Positions 40,842-50,614 of a stretch of DNA of 64,000 nucleotides are shown here, piece by piece. The translations under genes and the position numbers were made by a program. Each line of letters starts with the position of its first letter. The stretch's first letter is position 1. The notes beneath the pieces are model-generated. The model ran no database searches, had not been told where the DNA came from, and saw nothing but the letters and a program-made list of their open reading frames with translations. The DNA is from Bacteroidales bacterium. GTDB taxonomy: Bacteria; Bacteroidota; Bacteroidia; Bacteroidales; UBA12077. Where the stretch lies: assembly GCA_041686375.1 (NCBI GenBank), contig JAWLEB010000007.1:4302-68301 (forward strand), read 5' to 3'.

Positions 40842-42449
40842 CTACATCCGGAAAACTCCGTTTTGAGGTCTTCCATAAGGAGCATTTCGTGATACAGCAA
40901 TCCCTATTCCGAGGACTTTTCTTGTATCTGTGGGATCGATGATTCCATCATCCCAAATTCGTGAAGTACTGTAATATGCTGAGCTCTCGTGTTCATATTT
41001 TTTAAGCATCTCTGTTTTGAAATGCTCTACTTTGTCTGTATTGATTTCCTTACCAGACTTTTTGAGTTGTGCTTTTTTTATTGATGTCAGGACACTGGCC
41101 GCTTGTTCCCCTCCCATAACAGATATTTTGGCATTAGGCCAGGTAAACAATAATCCTGGATCGAATGCCCGTCCTGCCATAGCATAATTGCCTGCACCAA
41201 ATGAACCGCCAAATATTATAGTAAACTTTGGAACATTTGCATTGGCAACAGCGTGTATAAGTTTTGCTCCATCTCTGGCAATGCCTCCGTGTTCATATTT
41301 TTTTCCCACAATAAAACCTGATATATTCTGTAAGAAAACAAGAGGGATGTTTCTGTATTTACATAGCTCTATGAAATGTGCAGCTTTTCTCGCTGTTTCT
41401 CCATAGATTACCCCGTTATTGGCTATGACTCCTGCCGGATATCCCATTATTCTGGCAAATCCTGTAACAATGTTTGTTCCGTAGTCCTTTTTAAATTCCC
41501 TTAATTTACTGCCATCCACAATACGCATGATAATTTCCCTGACATTAACTTCTTTTTTTAAATCTACAGGCGCCAGTCCATATAAATCATCAGGGTTGTA
41601 TAATGGTTCTTCAGGTTTGGTAATGTCTAAAGGCTGTTTGTTTGATTTTGGCAGTCGTGAAAAAATATCCCTGCAAATTTCGATAGCATCCAGGTCATCT
41701 TCTGCAATGTGATCGGCCAGACCTGAAATTTGCGTGTGTACTTCAGCGCCTCCAAGCTCTTCGTCTGTAACTTCTTCACCTGTTGCTGCTTTAACCAACG
41801 GTGGTCCTCCTATGAAAATTGTTCCCTGATTACGTACAATAATGGATTCATCGCTCATGGCAGGGATATACGCACCTCCAGCCGTACACGATCCCATTAC
41901 TATTGAAATCTGTGGAACACCCATTGAAGATAGTTTTGCCTGATTGCGGAATAATCGACCAAAGTCTTCTTTGTCAGGGAAAACTTTGGATTGCTCAGGT
42001 AGAAAGACTCCACCACTGTCAACCATATAAATCACCGGAAGATTATATTCCATAGCGATCACCTGTGCACGAACATGTTTTTTGATGGTTTCCTGAACAT
42101 ATGTTCCCCCTTTGACTGTAGCATCATTGACTATTATTACAGTCTCTTTGTTCTGAACAACTCCTATTCCTGTAACTATCCCGGCTGATGGAAAAGCATT
42201 GTCATATTGCTCGTATGCAGCTAATGGGGAAAGTTCAAGAAAGGGTGTTCCCGGGTCGACAAGTTTTTCAATACGTTCACGAGGTAAAAGCTTTCCACGT
42301 TCTCTGTGTTTTGCCACTGCTTTGTCACCTCCACTTTTATAAACCTTCTTGAGTTTTTTCCGATAATCTTCAAGAATTGACAAATACCGCTCCTTATCTT
42401 TTTGGAAATCAAAGGACTGAGTATCAAGATATGTTTTTAATTGGCTCAA
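40842..42449 (-). CDS. 3-methylcrotonyl-CoA carboxylase beta (carboxyltransferase; LiuB-like)
   Basis: NDATVKGGTY, GSCTAGGAYIPAM, GGSFGAGNYAM, WDDGIIDP and C-terminal GVFRM; TTG start. Confidence 0.9.
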   Translation of the reverse strand: MSQLKTYLDTQSFDFQKDKERYLSILEDYRKKLKKVYKSGGDKAVAKHRERGKLLPRERIEKLVDPGTPFLELSPLAAYEQYDNAFPSAGIVTGIGVVQNKETVIIVNDATVKGGTYVQETIKKHVRAQVIAMEYNLPVIYMVDSGGVFLPEQSKVFPDKEDFGRLFRNQAKLSSMGVPQISIVMGSCTAGGAYIPAMSDESIIVRNQGTIFIGGPPLVKAATGEEVTDEELGGAEVHTQISGLADHIAEDDLDAIEICRDIFSRLPKSNKQPLDITKPEEPLYNPDDLYGLAPVDLKKEVNVREIIMRIVDGSKLREFKKDYGTNIVTGFARIMGYPAGVIANNGVIYGETARKAAHFIELCKYRNIPLVFLQNISGFIVGKKYEHGGIARDGAKLIHAVANANVPKFTIIFGGSFGAGNYAMAGRAFDPGLLFTWPNAKISVMGGEQAASVLTSIKKAQLKKSGKEINTDKVEHFKTEMLKKYEHESSAYYSTSRIWDDGIIDPTDTRKVLGIGIAVSRNAPYGRPQNGVFRM

Positions 42450-42479
42450 ATTTAAATTTGGTTTAAATTAATATTATAG

Positions 42480-42520
42480 ATTAACAGATAGTAAAACGCT
42501 TTTGTTTAATATCTGTTAAT
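42480..42520. promoter_or_regulatory. Inverted repeat upstream of the liu-mva cluster
   Basis: Perfect 11-bp arms, ATTAACAGATA-N19-TATCTGTTAAT. Confidence 0.4.
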
Positions 42521-42834
42521 GAAGAGAAAAGTTAAATGTACAGGCAAATTTTTTTATCTGTTTTGAGAGATTTTTTATACTAACTGTTTTGATGCGACAG
42601 GATATTCTGAAAGAATCAATTAGTATGACAATCAGGTATCCCGGGAATTTATCAAAAAAAGCATTCAAAAGGCATAGCTTTTATCTCAATTCTTGTGAAA
42701 TCTCATGTTTCTCATTTTGTCAGGGGCATAGATAAAAGGTAATATTTGTCAGAAATATTTGAATACAATCCGATTTATCTTTAACTTGCTTTTTGTAAAA
42801 AGTGTTAATTGTTAGACTTTTATTGGGCTGTGTA

Positions 42835-43785
42835 ATGAATGAGATAATTAATCTGCATCGAAACTGGAAGTTAATAAAGCTCAGAAGTAAAGATCATTTT
42901 AAAGCTTCGGTTTTAATACAGCATCATGCATTACAATTTTTAGCTATGGCCGAGAAACACCTTTCTGCACGGAAGAAAAATAATGATGATATTCTCCTGC
43001 ATTGGAGCTTGGCAAAAAACATGGTAGTTGGTGGCTGGCTGGAGGCTGAACAATTTCCTTTCCGGGTTGGACTGAGTTTAGATAGTTTGGAAATAATGCT
43101 ACTCAAACCACCCTCTGTACAAGTAGCAAAGTTAAATATGCAGGGTAAAACCAAAGAAGAGGTATTTGAATGGCTTGATAATCAATTATATAAAATTGGA
43201 GTTAAATATGGAAGACTTTCCATGGATTTGCTATATAGTATTCCATATCACAAGACAGAAGAAGGGATTCCTTTTGAAATTTACTCTAAAGATGAAATGA
43301 TAGAATTATCATCTGTGAGAAACAATAGTGAGTTAATTTTTAGATATTTATATACCTTTGTTGATGGTTGTAAACCAATCTCCATTTCTCCTGTTACTTT
43401 TAACTCCACCTCTGTAATTCCCTTAGAATTATCAAATAACAAAAAGCCTGAGCACCTGGTTAACATTGGCTTTGCTATGCCAGATAGCCTGATAGATCAC
43501 TGTTATTTCTATGCTACTTTACTTAATAACCATACTCAGGATATCAGTTACGAGGATATCCAGCAACTCAATGGAGAAGGGTACTGGATAATTACTGACC
43601 ATTTAAGCGCTATCTTACCTCTTTATAAGTTTTATGCGGATAATCAAAAAGCAAAACAAATTTACAGGGTTTTGTCTTTTTATGTTTCTGCACTCAATAA
43701 TATTTTTGATATGTTGCTAGTTCCGGAATATAGACTTTCCAGAAAAGAACTATATGGAAATAAAATTTTTATTTTTTCTGAGTGA
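42835..43785 (+). CDS. Hypothetical protein
   Basis: Long ORF with no confidently recognised motif; ATG at 42835 preferred over GTG at 42802. Confidence 0.6.
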   Translation: MNEIINLHRNWKLIKLRSKDHFKASVLIQHHALQFLAMAEKHLSARKKNNDDILLHWSLAKNMVVGGWLEAEQFPFRVGLSLDSLEIMLLKPPSVQVAKLNMQGKTKEEVFEWLDNQLYKIGVKYGRLSMDLLYSIPYHKTEEGIPFEIYSKDEMIELSSVRNNSELIFRYLYTFVDGCKPISISPVTFNSTSVIPLELSNNKKPEHLVNIGFAMPDSLIDHCYFYATLLNNHTQDISYEDIQQLNGEGYWIITDHLSAILPLYKFYADNQKAKQIYRVLSFYVSALNNIFDMLLVPEYRLSRKELYGNKIFIFSE

Positions 43786-43883
43786 TAATCATTCATTGAT
43801 TGATAGATCGTTAGATTTTAATCATTCAACTTTTAAAGTTGTTTATAAATTTAGGACTTGATTTGAAAAAAGCTGTAATGTTT

Positions 43884-44912
43884 ATGAAGGCAATGATTCT
43901 CAATCAAATTACAAATCTTGAACAAAATAATAAACCATTAAAACTGGTAGATAGGCCAAAACCACAATTTCGGAATGATGAAGTATTGATACGGGTTTCC
44001 CGATGTGGGGTGTGCCACACAGAAATTGATGAAATAGAAGGCCGAACTGCACCACCGGAATTTCCGATCATTTTGGGACATCAGGTTGTTGGTTATGTTG
44101 ACAAATGCGGGAAAGAAGTGGAGCACTTTAAAGGGGGTGAAAGGGTGGGAGTGGCGTGGATTTTCTCTGCATGCGGCACTTGCAAGCAATGTAAAAACGG
44201 TCATGAAAATTTATGTTACGATTTTAAAGCGACAGGTAGAGATGCCCATGGTGGGTATGCTGAATATATGGCAGTTTCTGAGAAGTTCGTATATTTAATA
44301 CCTGAAGCATTAAATTTTTCAGAAGCCGCTCCTCTTTTATGTGCGGGAGCTATAGGTTATCGTTCCTTACGTTTAACAAATTTAAAGAATGGGCATAATC
44401 TTGGCTTAACAGGTTTTGGCGCCTCTGGTCATCTTGTGCTGAAGACAGCAAAATTTTTGTATCCCGATTCCAGCATTTTCGTTTTTGCTCGTTCTCCAAA
44501 GGAAAGAGAGTTTGCCCTTGAACTTGGCGCTGTTTGGGCAGGGGATACAGAAGATACTGCACCTGAGAAGATGGATGCAATCATTGACACTACGCCGGTG
44601 TGGAAACCTATTGTTGAAGGCCTGAGAAATCTCGATGCAGCCGGACGGTTAGTTATTAATGCAATCCGAAAGGAAAATCATGATATTGAATACCTTAAGA
44701 AGCTTGATTATCCAGAGCATTTGTGGCTTGAGAAGGAGATAAAGTCGGTTGCGAATATAGAAAGACGTGATGTTAGTGAATTTTTAGAATTAGCTGCCAA
44801 AATACCAATCAAACCAGCCTATGTTGAATATCCACTGGAGGATGCCAATGAAGCCTTGATGGAGATTAAACAAAGGAAAATAAGAGGAGCCAAGGTGCTT
44901 AAAATGGATTAA
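43884..44912 (+). CDS. Zinc-dependent alcohol dehydrogenase family protein
   Basis: CGVCHTE, GHQVVG, CGTCKQC...C, LLCAG and GFGASG motifs; start at MKAMIL. Confidence 0.92.
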   Translation: MKAMILNQITNLEQNNKPLKLVDRPKPQFRNDEVLIRVSRCGVCHTEIDEIEGRTAPPEFPIILGHQVVGYVDKCGKEVEHFKGGERVGVAWIFSACGTCKQCKNGHENLCYDFKATGRDAHGGYAEYMAVSEKFVYLIPEALNFSEAAPLLCAGAIGYRSLRLTNLKNGHNLGLTGFGASGHLVLKTAKFLYPDSSIFVFARSPKEREFALELGAVWAGDTEDTAPEKMDAIIDTTPVWKPIVEGLRNLDAAGRLVINAIRKENHDIEYLKKLDYPEHLWLEKEIKSVANIERRDVSEFLELAAKIPIKPAYVEYPLEDANEALMEIKQRKIRGAKVLKMD

Positions 44913-44969
44913 GACTTTTTTATAATTTTCCAAAGAGAAATGCCTGCAGGCTAGACCGGGATATTTGTT

Positions 44970-46301
44970 TTATACCACTTTCTTTTGCCATGGATAATAT
45001 TTCAGAAACAAAAGTGATATTAAGGCTATAAGCCCCCCGTAGATAAATTCAACTGCCCAAACCATCTCAATGGAAGTTTGCAGGATGACTGCAAGATAAT
45101 AGGTTACAAAAATATAGAGTACAAAAACAGCAGATTCAATAAAAAAAGCTGCTTTCGTGTTTCCTGTTCCTGAAACAGTGTTGAAAAGTACGAATCCTGA
45201 ACCAATAAGGAATGAAGTACCACTAATAACATATAAAACCGGAATGCTTTCATCTATGAGTTGCTGATTATCAGTAAAGACAGACAATATTTGTGTTGGA
45301 ATAATGATTATGATAGTTACCATCAGAGCTACACTTCCTATACATAGTTTAAGAGCCTTTTTGGTAACTTTCATTGCCTCGCCGGGTTTGCCTGTCCCAA
45401 TGACATAACTCACAAGAGAGTTGGCTGCAAATGAATATCCCATTATCGGTACAAGCATGATAACATAAATGCTTCGAATGATATTTGAAACGGCAAGGGC
45501 TCTTTCTCCCAGTTTTTCTACAAACAGGAAAAAAAACATCCACCCGGCGAAGGAAAGAAAATTTTGTAACATCACAGGAAGCGAGATATTAAAAACGCTA
45601 CCAAAAAGCTTTCTATCAAAAATTTGAAAGGTAAAAAGCCGGAATTTTTTGTAATCAATCCTTTTTAATGAATAATGTATGAAGGTTAGCATGGCAACCA
45701 GCTCTGCGATAACAGAAGCTAAAGCAGCTCCTTTTATACCCATTTCTGGAAAACCTGCTTTTCCAAATATCAACACATAATCAAGGAAAACATTCACTAA
45801 TGCCATCATAGCTGTTGTAATGGTAATTACTTTAGTTTGCCCTATACCAATATAAAATCCGCGGAACGTGAAATTGGTGAATGCAAATACCAGACCCCAG
45901 ATTCGGATATAAAGGAAGTCAAGCGTTGCTATCCGGATATTTTCCGATGAAACCACAGAACTGAAAATTTGCGATAGAGAGAGGTTTAATCCGGCAATGA
46001 CAATGATAGCAAAGACGAATAAAAAGTAAAAGGCGTGTTCTACTGTTTTTCCAATTTCTGATATACGTTGTTGCCCGTATCTTCGGGCAACCATAATCTG
46101 AGCGCCCACTCCGTAGCCCATTCCCAGCATCATAAACGTCATATAAAACACACTTCCAATGCCTGCTGCTCCCAGTTCAGTTTCTCCAACCCTTCCTAAG
46201 AAGGCAGTATCCGTAATGCGAATGACATTCTGAATGGCACTGCCGAGAATAATAGGATAGGCAATATTCCAAATTTTCCGGTATGAGGGACTCTTAGTCA
46301 T
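44970..46301 (-). CDS. MATE-family efflux transporter
   Basis: About 12 TM helices, DTAFLGRVG and GFPEMGIKGAALAS motifs. Confidence 0.9.
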   Translation of the reverse strand: MTKSPSYRKIWNIAYPIILGSAIQNVIRITDTAFLGRVGETELGAAGIGSVFYMTFMMLGMGYGVGAQIMVARRYGQQRISEIGKTVEHAFYFLFVFAIIVIAGLNLSLSQIFSSVVSSENIRIATLDFLYIRIWGLVFAFTNFTFRGFYIGIGQTKVITITTAMMALVNVFLDYVLIFGKAGFPEMGIKGAALASVIAELVAMLTFIHYSLKRIDYKKFRLFTFQIFDRKLFGSVFNISLPVMLQNFLSFAGWMFFFLFVEKLGERALAVSNIIRSIYVIMLVPIMGYSFAANSLVSYVIGTGKPGEAMKVTKKALKLCIGSVALMVTIIIIIPTQILSVFTDNQQLIDESIPVLYVISGTSFLIGSGFVLFNTVSGTGNTKAAFFIESAVFVLYIFVTYYLAVILQTSIEMVWAVEFIYGGLIALISLLFLKYYPWQKKVV

Positions 46302-46303
46302 TA

Positions 46304-47335
46304 TTAGAGTTTCTCGTCAAAATAGTGGGTAATCTTTTCCATTAAATGAATACGGTCTTTGCCTCTTACATTGTGTTTCTGTTTCGGATATGTAAAAAAG
46401 TCTATCTGCACATCTTCTTTGATGCATTCTCCGAGAAACGTCAGACTATGCTGAGATACTACTACATTATCCATATATCCGCTTATAATGAGTAAATCGC
46501 CCTCTATGTCAGTAACATAATTTTTTAAATCAGCATTTTCATAACCTTCCGGATTTTGTTCAGGTGTGTCCATGTATCGTTCTCCATACATGATTTCGTA
46601 AAAATTCCAATCTATAACCGGCCCCCCTGCAACACCTACCTTCAAAGTTTCGGGCTCTTTCGTCATTTTTTCTGTTTTGAGGTTATCAACATTTAGCTTA
46701 TACAAGTGACTTTCGAGTGGCGATTCTTATGTTGATACATAATATAAGTGTTTCCCATTTTCATCAAACTGCGTAGAATTTTCTACAACTTCCCATTCAC
46801 CTTCTGTTAATTGTTCTAGTTGTCTACCATCTGTGGTATACAAATATATGTGGTTATATCCGTCCTTCCGGCTGTGCCAGATAAACTTTTCTTTGTCCCC
46901 GGGCAAAAATTCAATAGGAGAAAGCGGTTCAACATATTTATCATTATTTTCTTCAAACAATGTTTTTTCAAAAGGATTGAGTTTGTAAACAGAATTATTA
47001 TGGGAGAAAGAAAACAAGGTTTCATCAAGCCAGTTAGTGCTTGGTAAATCTTCCAAAGCATCTTCCTCATCTAAATCACTTATTTTATTGAGCTCTTTCA
47101 GTGTGATAAGGGTATCTGTCTTATTTGACTTTGCAGAGGAGGTGAATAATGCATCATCCTTCTGGAATATGTAGAAATTTGATTCCGGAATCCAGTTTAG
47201 CTGTGGAATATTTTCAGCAGCTAGTGAAGTCCATTGACCCATTACCGCTTCTTTTATTGATAACTCTTTGTCCTGAGCGGTTACTTCTGTTATGACAATT
47301 GAAAGTATAAGAAAAGGAAAGAATAGCTTTTTCAT
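46304..47335 (-). pseudogene. Dipeptidyl-peptidase IV (S9B) pseudogene with two internal deletions and one in-frame stop
   Basis: The two ORFs share one frame, separated by TAA at 46727-46729 (VST*ESPLESHLY). Signal peptide, DGYNHIYLY and GVAGGPVIDW..YGERYMDTP remain; the GxSxGG catalytic motif is absent. Confidence 0.85.
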
Positions 47336-47427
47336 CGTTTTATTTTTTCTTATTAGATTTACTGTTTTTTTCAGAAGATAAACATAAAATTTTTTTTTGA
47401 TATTTTAATTATAGATGTTGAAAACCT

Positions 47428-49170
47428 ATGGAATTAATATTCATTGATTGGCTTTTAATTTGTTTGTATATTTCTGTTGCCCTTTTTATAGGATTTAAAT
47501 ATCGAAAGAAAGCAGGAAAAAATCTCGCTAATTATTTTCTCGGCGGACGGAAACTTCCCTGGTTTATTGCAGGTATCTCAATGGTAGCTACAACCTTTGC
47601 AGCGGATACACCACTCGCGGTTACCGAGATGGTTAACAATAATGGGATTTCCGGGAATTGGTTGTGGTGGAATATGTTGATAGGAGGAATGTTAACGACA
47701 TTTTTCTTTGCTGATTTATGGCGAAGAGCCAATGTCCTGACAGAGCTTGAGTTTATAGAGATCCGTTACAGTGGTAAGGCGGCTGCATTTCTGCGTGGCT
47801 TCAAATCTGTTTATCTCGGGTTATTTGTCAATGTGCTTATTATTAGTTGGGTTAATCTCGCTTTAGTATCTATTTTACAAGTGTTTTTTAATATATCGGA
47901 TGCTAATATAATTTGGTATGTAGGAGGAGCAATGCTTATAGCTTCTTTTTATTCTTCTTTATCAGGCCTGCTGGGTGTTGCTATAACTGATGCGGTGCAG
48001 TTTTTTATTGCTGTTACCGGTTCCGTTGTTCTTGCAGTTATTATATTATCCACAGAGCAAGTAGGCGGTTTAAGAGGGTTACAAGAACAACTGCCTGATT
48101 GGGCTTTTAATTTTTTTCCTACCATTGGCTCAGGTGGGAATGCGTCAAGCGCTTTTACTATAAGTATTGGAACTTTTCTGGCTTACATTGGAGTCCAGTG
48201 GTGGGCTAGTTGGTATCCAGGGGCAGAACCAGGTGGTGGGGGTTATGTAGCCCAACGGATGATGAGTGTAAAGAATGGGCGGCATGCGACATGGGCGACT
48301 TTGTTTTTTCAAATTGCTCATTATGTGGTGCGACCTTGGCCATGGATTCTCGTAGCGTTAGCTACATTAATTTTATATCCCGATCTTCCGGAGGGACAAG
48401 AACGTTTCGGATACGTACTTGCTATTCGTGATTATTTGCCGGCAGGGTTAACAGGCCTTATGCTGGTGGCTTTGTTAGCTGCCTATATGAGTACTATATC
48501 TACACAGCTTAACTGGGGCGCCAGTTTTATTGTTAATGATTTTTATAAGCGGTTCTTTTACCAAAAAAAGGGTAATAATGACGATGGGAAGCATCTGGTG
48601 TTTGTTAGCAGAGCTGTAACGATTTTAATAATGATAATAGCGCTTTATGTCACCACCATTGTTGAATCTATTACACAGGTATGGCATTTCCTTCTTGAAT
48701 GTGGTGCCGGTTTGGGTCTTGTCTTAATTCTTCGCTGGTATTGGCAAAAGATAAATGCATGGAGTGAAATTACCGCAACCGCAGTACCTTTCATAGTATT
48801 TGGTCTTGTGAAATTTGTGTTTTACATGGAGTTCCCCGATAGTTTCTTTATTACTGTGGGAATTACCACAATATTCTGGATAATCGTAACATATCTTACT
48901 CCTGAAACGAATTACCATACCCTGAAAAAGTTTTATTACCTTGTTCAGCCACCGGGGATCTGGAATATTGACAGCCAAATCAGACAAGAAAAAAACAAAA
49001 GAATCCCTAAAATGCTCATGTGTTGGCTGGGAGCGATTATGTTTACCTATTCTGCGCTTTTTCTATCAGGTAAATTACTGTTTGGAGAATGGATATCTGC
49101 TGGTATTTGGTTTATTACGTTATTTGCAGGTTTTTTTATTGTAAAACAGAACATCAAAGGATTATATTAA
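47428..49170 (+). CDS. Sodium:solute symporter family protein
   Basis: YFLGGRKLPW, SMVATTFAADTP and AAYMSTISTQLNWGAS motifs; many TM helices. Confidence 0.92.
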   Translation: MELIFIDWLLICLYISVALFIGFKYRKKAGKNLANYFLGGRKLPWFIAGISMVATTFAADTPLAVTEMVNNNGISGNWLWWNMLIGGMLTTFFFADLWRRANVLTELEFIEIRYSGKAAAFLRGFKSVYLGLFVNVLIISWVNLALVSILQVFFNISDANIIWYVGGAMLIASFYSSLSGLLGVAITDAVQFFIAVTGSVVLAVIILSTEQVGGLRGLQEQLPDWAFNFFPTIGSGGNASSAFTISIGTFLAYIGVQWWASWYPGAEPGGGGYVAQRMMSVKNGRHATWATLFFQIAHYVVRPWPWILVALATLILYPDLPEGQERFGYVLAIRDYLPAGLTGLMLVALLAAYMSTISTQLNWGASFIVNDFYKRFFYQKKGNNDDGKHLVFVSRAVTILIMIIALYVTTIVESITQVWHFLLECGAGLGLVLILRWYWQKINAWSEITATAVPFIVFGLVKFVFYMEFPDSFFITVGITTIFWIIVTYLTPETNYHTLKKFYYLVQPPGIWNIDSQIRQEKNKRIPKMLMCWLGAIMFTYSALFLSGKLLFGEWISAGIWFITLFAGFFIVKQNIKGLY

Positions 49171-49227
49171 CTGGTAACTTTGATATTTCACGTATTTTTT
49201 TTTAATTAGCAATAAATTAGTAATTTA

Positions 49228-50136
49228 ATGAATAAAACATATATTTTCCTTTTATCAAAAGTTTTTTTAATTGCCTTTTTCTTATTAGCAATCGCATCAT
49301 GCAAAAAAGAAAAAAAAGATACCCAGGAAAAGAAGTCTCTGGAAGAGGAATCGATTGATACTTCCAGTGTCCTTTTAAAGTACAATGAAACTGTTTTTAC
49401 TCTACCTTCTCCATATCAGGCTTCCATTGCTATCAAAGAAAAGGATATAGAATTTAATGATCAGTTACTGGCTCCTTTACAAAATAGTCAGAATTTTAAT
49501 ACCAGATTCAAACAAGCTCTGAATATTGGAGTCTATGGAGCTGATCTTGGTTATCTTAATTTATATGATCAACATCCGGAGTGTCTTGCTTACCTGTCAG
49601 TAATCAAAAAACTGGGAGAGAATTTGGGACTTGATAATGCCATATCTTCAGAAAAGATGAATAAGCTTGAACGTTATATTGATGCCCAGGACTCTTTGCT
49701 TATTTTTTTGGCAAATATATACAGGGACTTTGACCAGTATCTTACCAATAACAGAAGGAAAGAAATAGGCGCTTTGATTATTGCCGGGGGATGGATAGAA
49801 AGTATCTACATCCTTTCCCAGACTATAAAAAATCATGAGAACCGTGATTTAATAAATCGTTTAGGGGAACAAAAACGACCATTGGATAATCTGATTGAAT
49901 TGTTATCATCCTATTATTATAATTCTGATCGGTACACACATCTTATTGATAATTTGGTTGATCTTGCCTATGAATTTGATGGAATTATTTATAATTACTA
50001 TTACGAAAAACCAGAAGTCTTGACTGATAAGAATTTAACTATAGTTAACAGTAAGTCAAATGTTGTAATCTCAGAATATCATTTAACTACTATTACAGAA
50101 AAAATCACTAATTTAAGGCAAAAAATTATTCAATAA
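49228..50136 (+). CDS. Uncharacterised helical lipoprotein, paralog A1
   Basis: Lipobox LAIASC; PSP, ALNIGVYGADLGY and GGWIES motifs shared with 61495..62430. Confidence 0.75.
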   Translation: MNKTYIFLLSKVFLIAFFLLAIASCKKEKKDTQEKKSLEEESIDTSSVLLKYNETVFTLPSPYQASIAIKEKDIEFNDQLLAPLQNSQNFNTRFKQALNIGVYGADLGYLNLYDQHPECLAYLSVIKKLGENLGLDNAISSEKMNKLERYIDAQDSLLIFLANIYRDFDQYLTNNRRKEIGALIIAGGWIESIYILSQTIKNHENRDLINRLGEQKRPLDNLIELLSSYYYNSDRYTHLIDNLVDLAYEFDGIIYNYYYEKPEVLTDKNLTIVNSKSNVVISEYHLTTITEKITNLRQKIIQ

Positions 50137-50582
50137 TGCAATACAATTTTGTTAAAATTATATTCTCCGGTTTGTTTATTGTTGTTTCACATTTTACTAT
50201 TGCTCAGTATAATAATGAAAATACCTTGATGCGTTGTGATGATTACCTACATGATGACTATATATCCAGTGGACAGGATTATACTGCAAACCTTAATAAG
50301 AACAATAAAGCAGTTTTTCATACTACCTTCTATGGAGGAACACAATACAGAATTATAGCATGCAGTAATATAGAAAAATATCCGTTGATATTAGAGGTAT
50401 ATGATACCGAAAGAAATCTTATCTTTTCCAATTCCGACCATGATTATATACCTTACTGGGATTTATTATTTACCTCCACGGTAACAAGTATCGTAGAAAT
50501 TTCTATTGATACGAAACAAAATATAAAAAAACCAGTAAAACTATTGATTGGATTTAAGAGGAGTTCCCTTAATTTAGATTGA
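50136..50582 (+). CDS. Uncharacterised small secreted beta-rich protein, paralog B1
   Basis: Signal peptide; TFYGGTQYRIIAC and YDTERNLIFSN motifs shared with 61038..61481; overlaps the upstream stop (TAATG). Confidence 0.72.
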   Translation: MQYNFVKIIFSGLFIVVSHFTIAQYNNENTLMRCDDYLHDDYISSGQDYTANLNKNNKAVFHTTFYGGTQYRIIACSNIEKYPLILEVYDTERNLIFSNSDHDYIPYWDLLFTSTVTSIVEISIDTKQNIKKPVKLLIGFKRSSLNLD

Positions 50583-50614
50583 TTTATGGAGCAGGGTACA
50601 AAGTTAACTGAGTT

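Noticed and set aside
34527-42449. Reading the cluster as mevalonate catabolism or a reverse (Aib-type) isovaleryl-CoA route
   Set aside because: There is no HMG-CoA lyase or AibAB-type decarboxylase, and the kinases, decarboxylase and IDI-2 indicate biosynthesis. This reading is disfavoured but not excluded.
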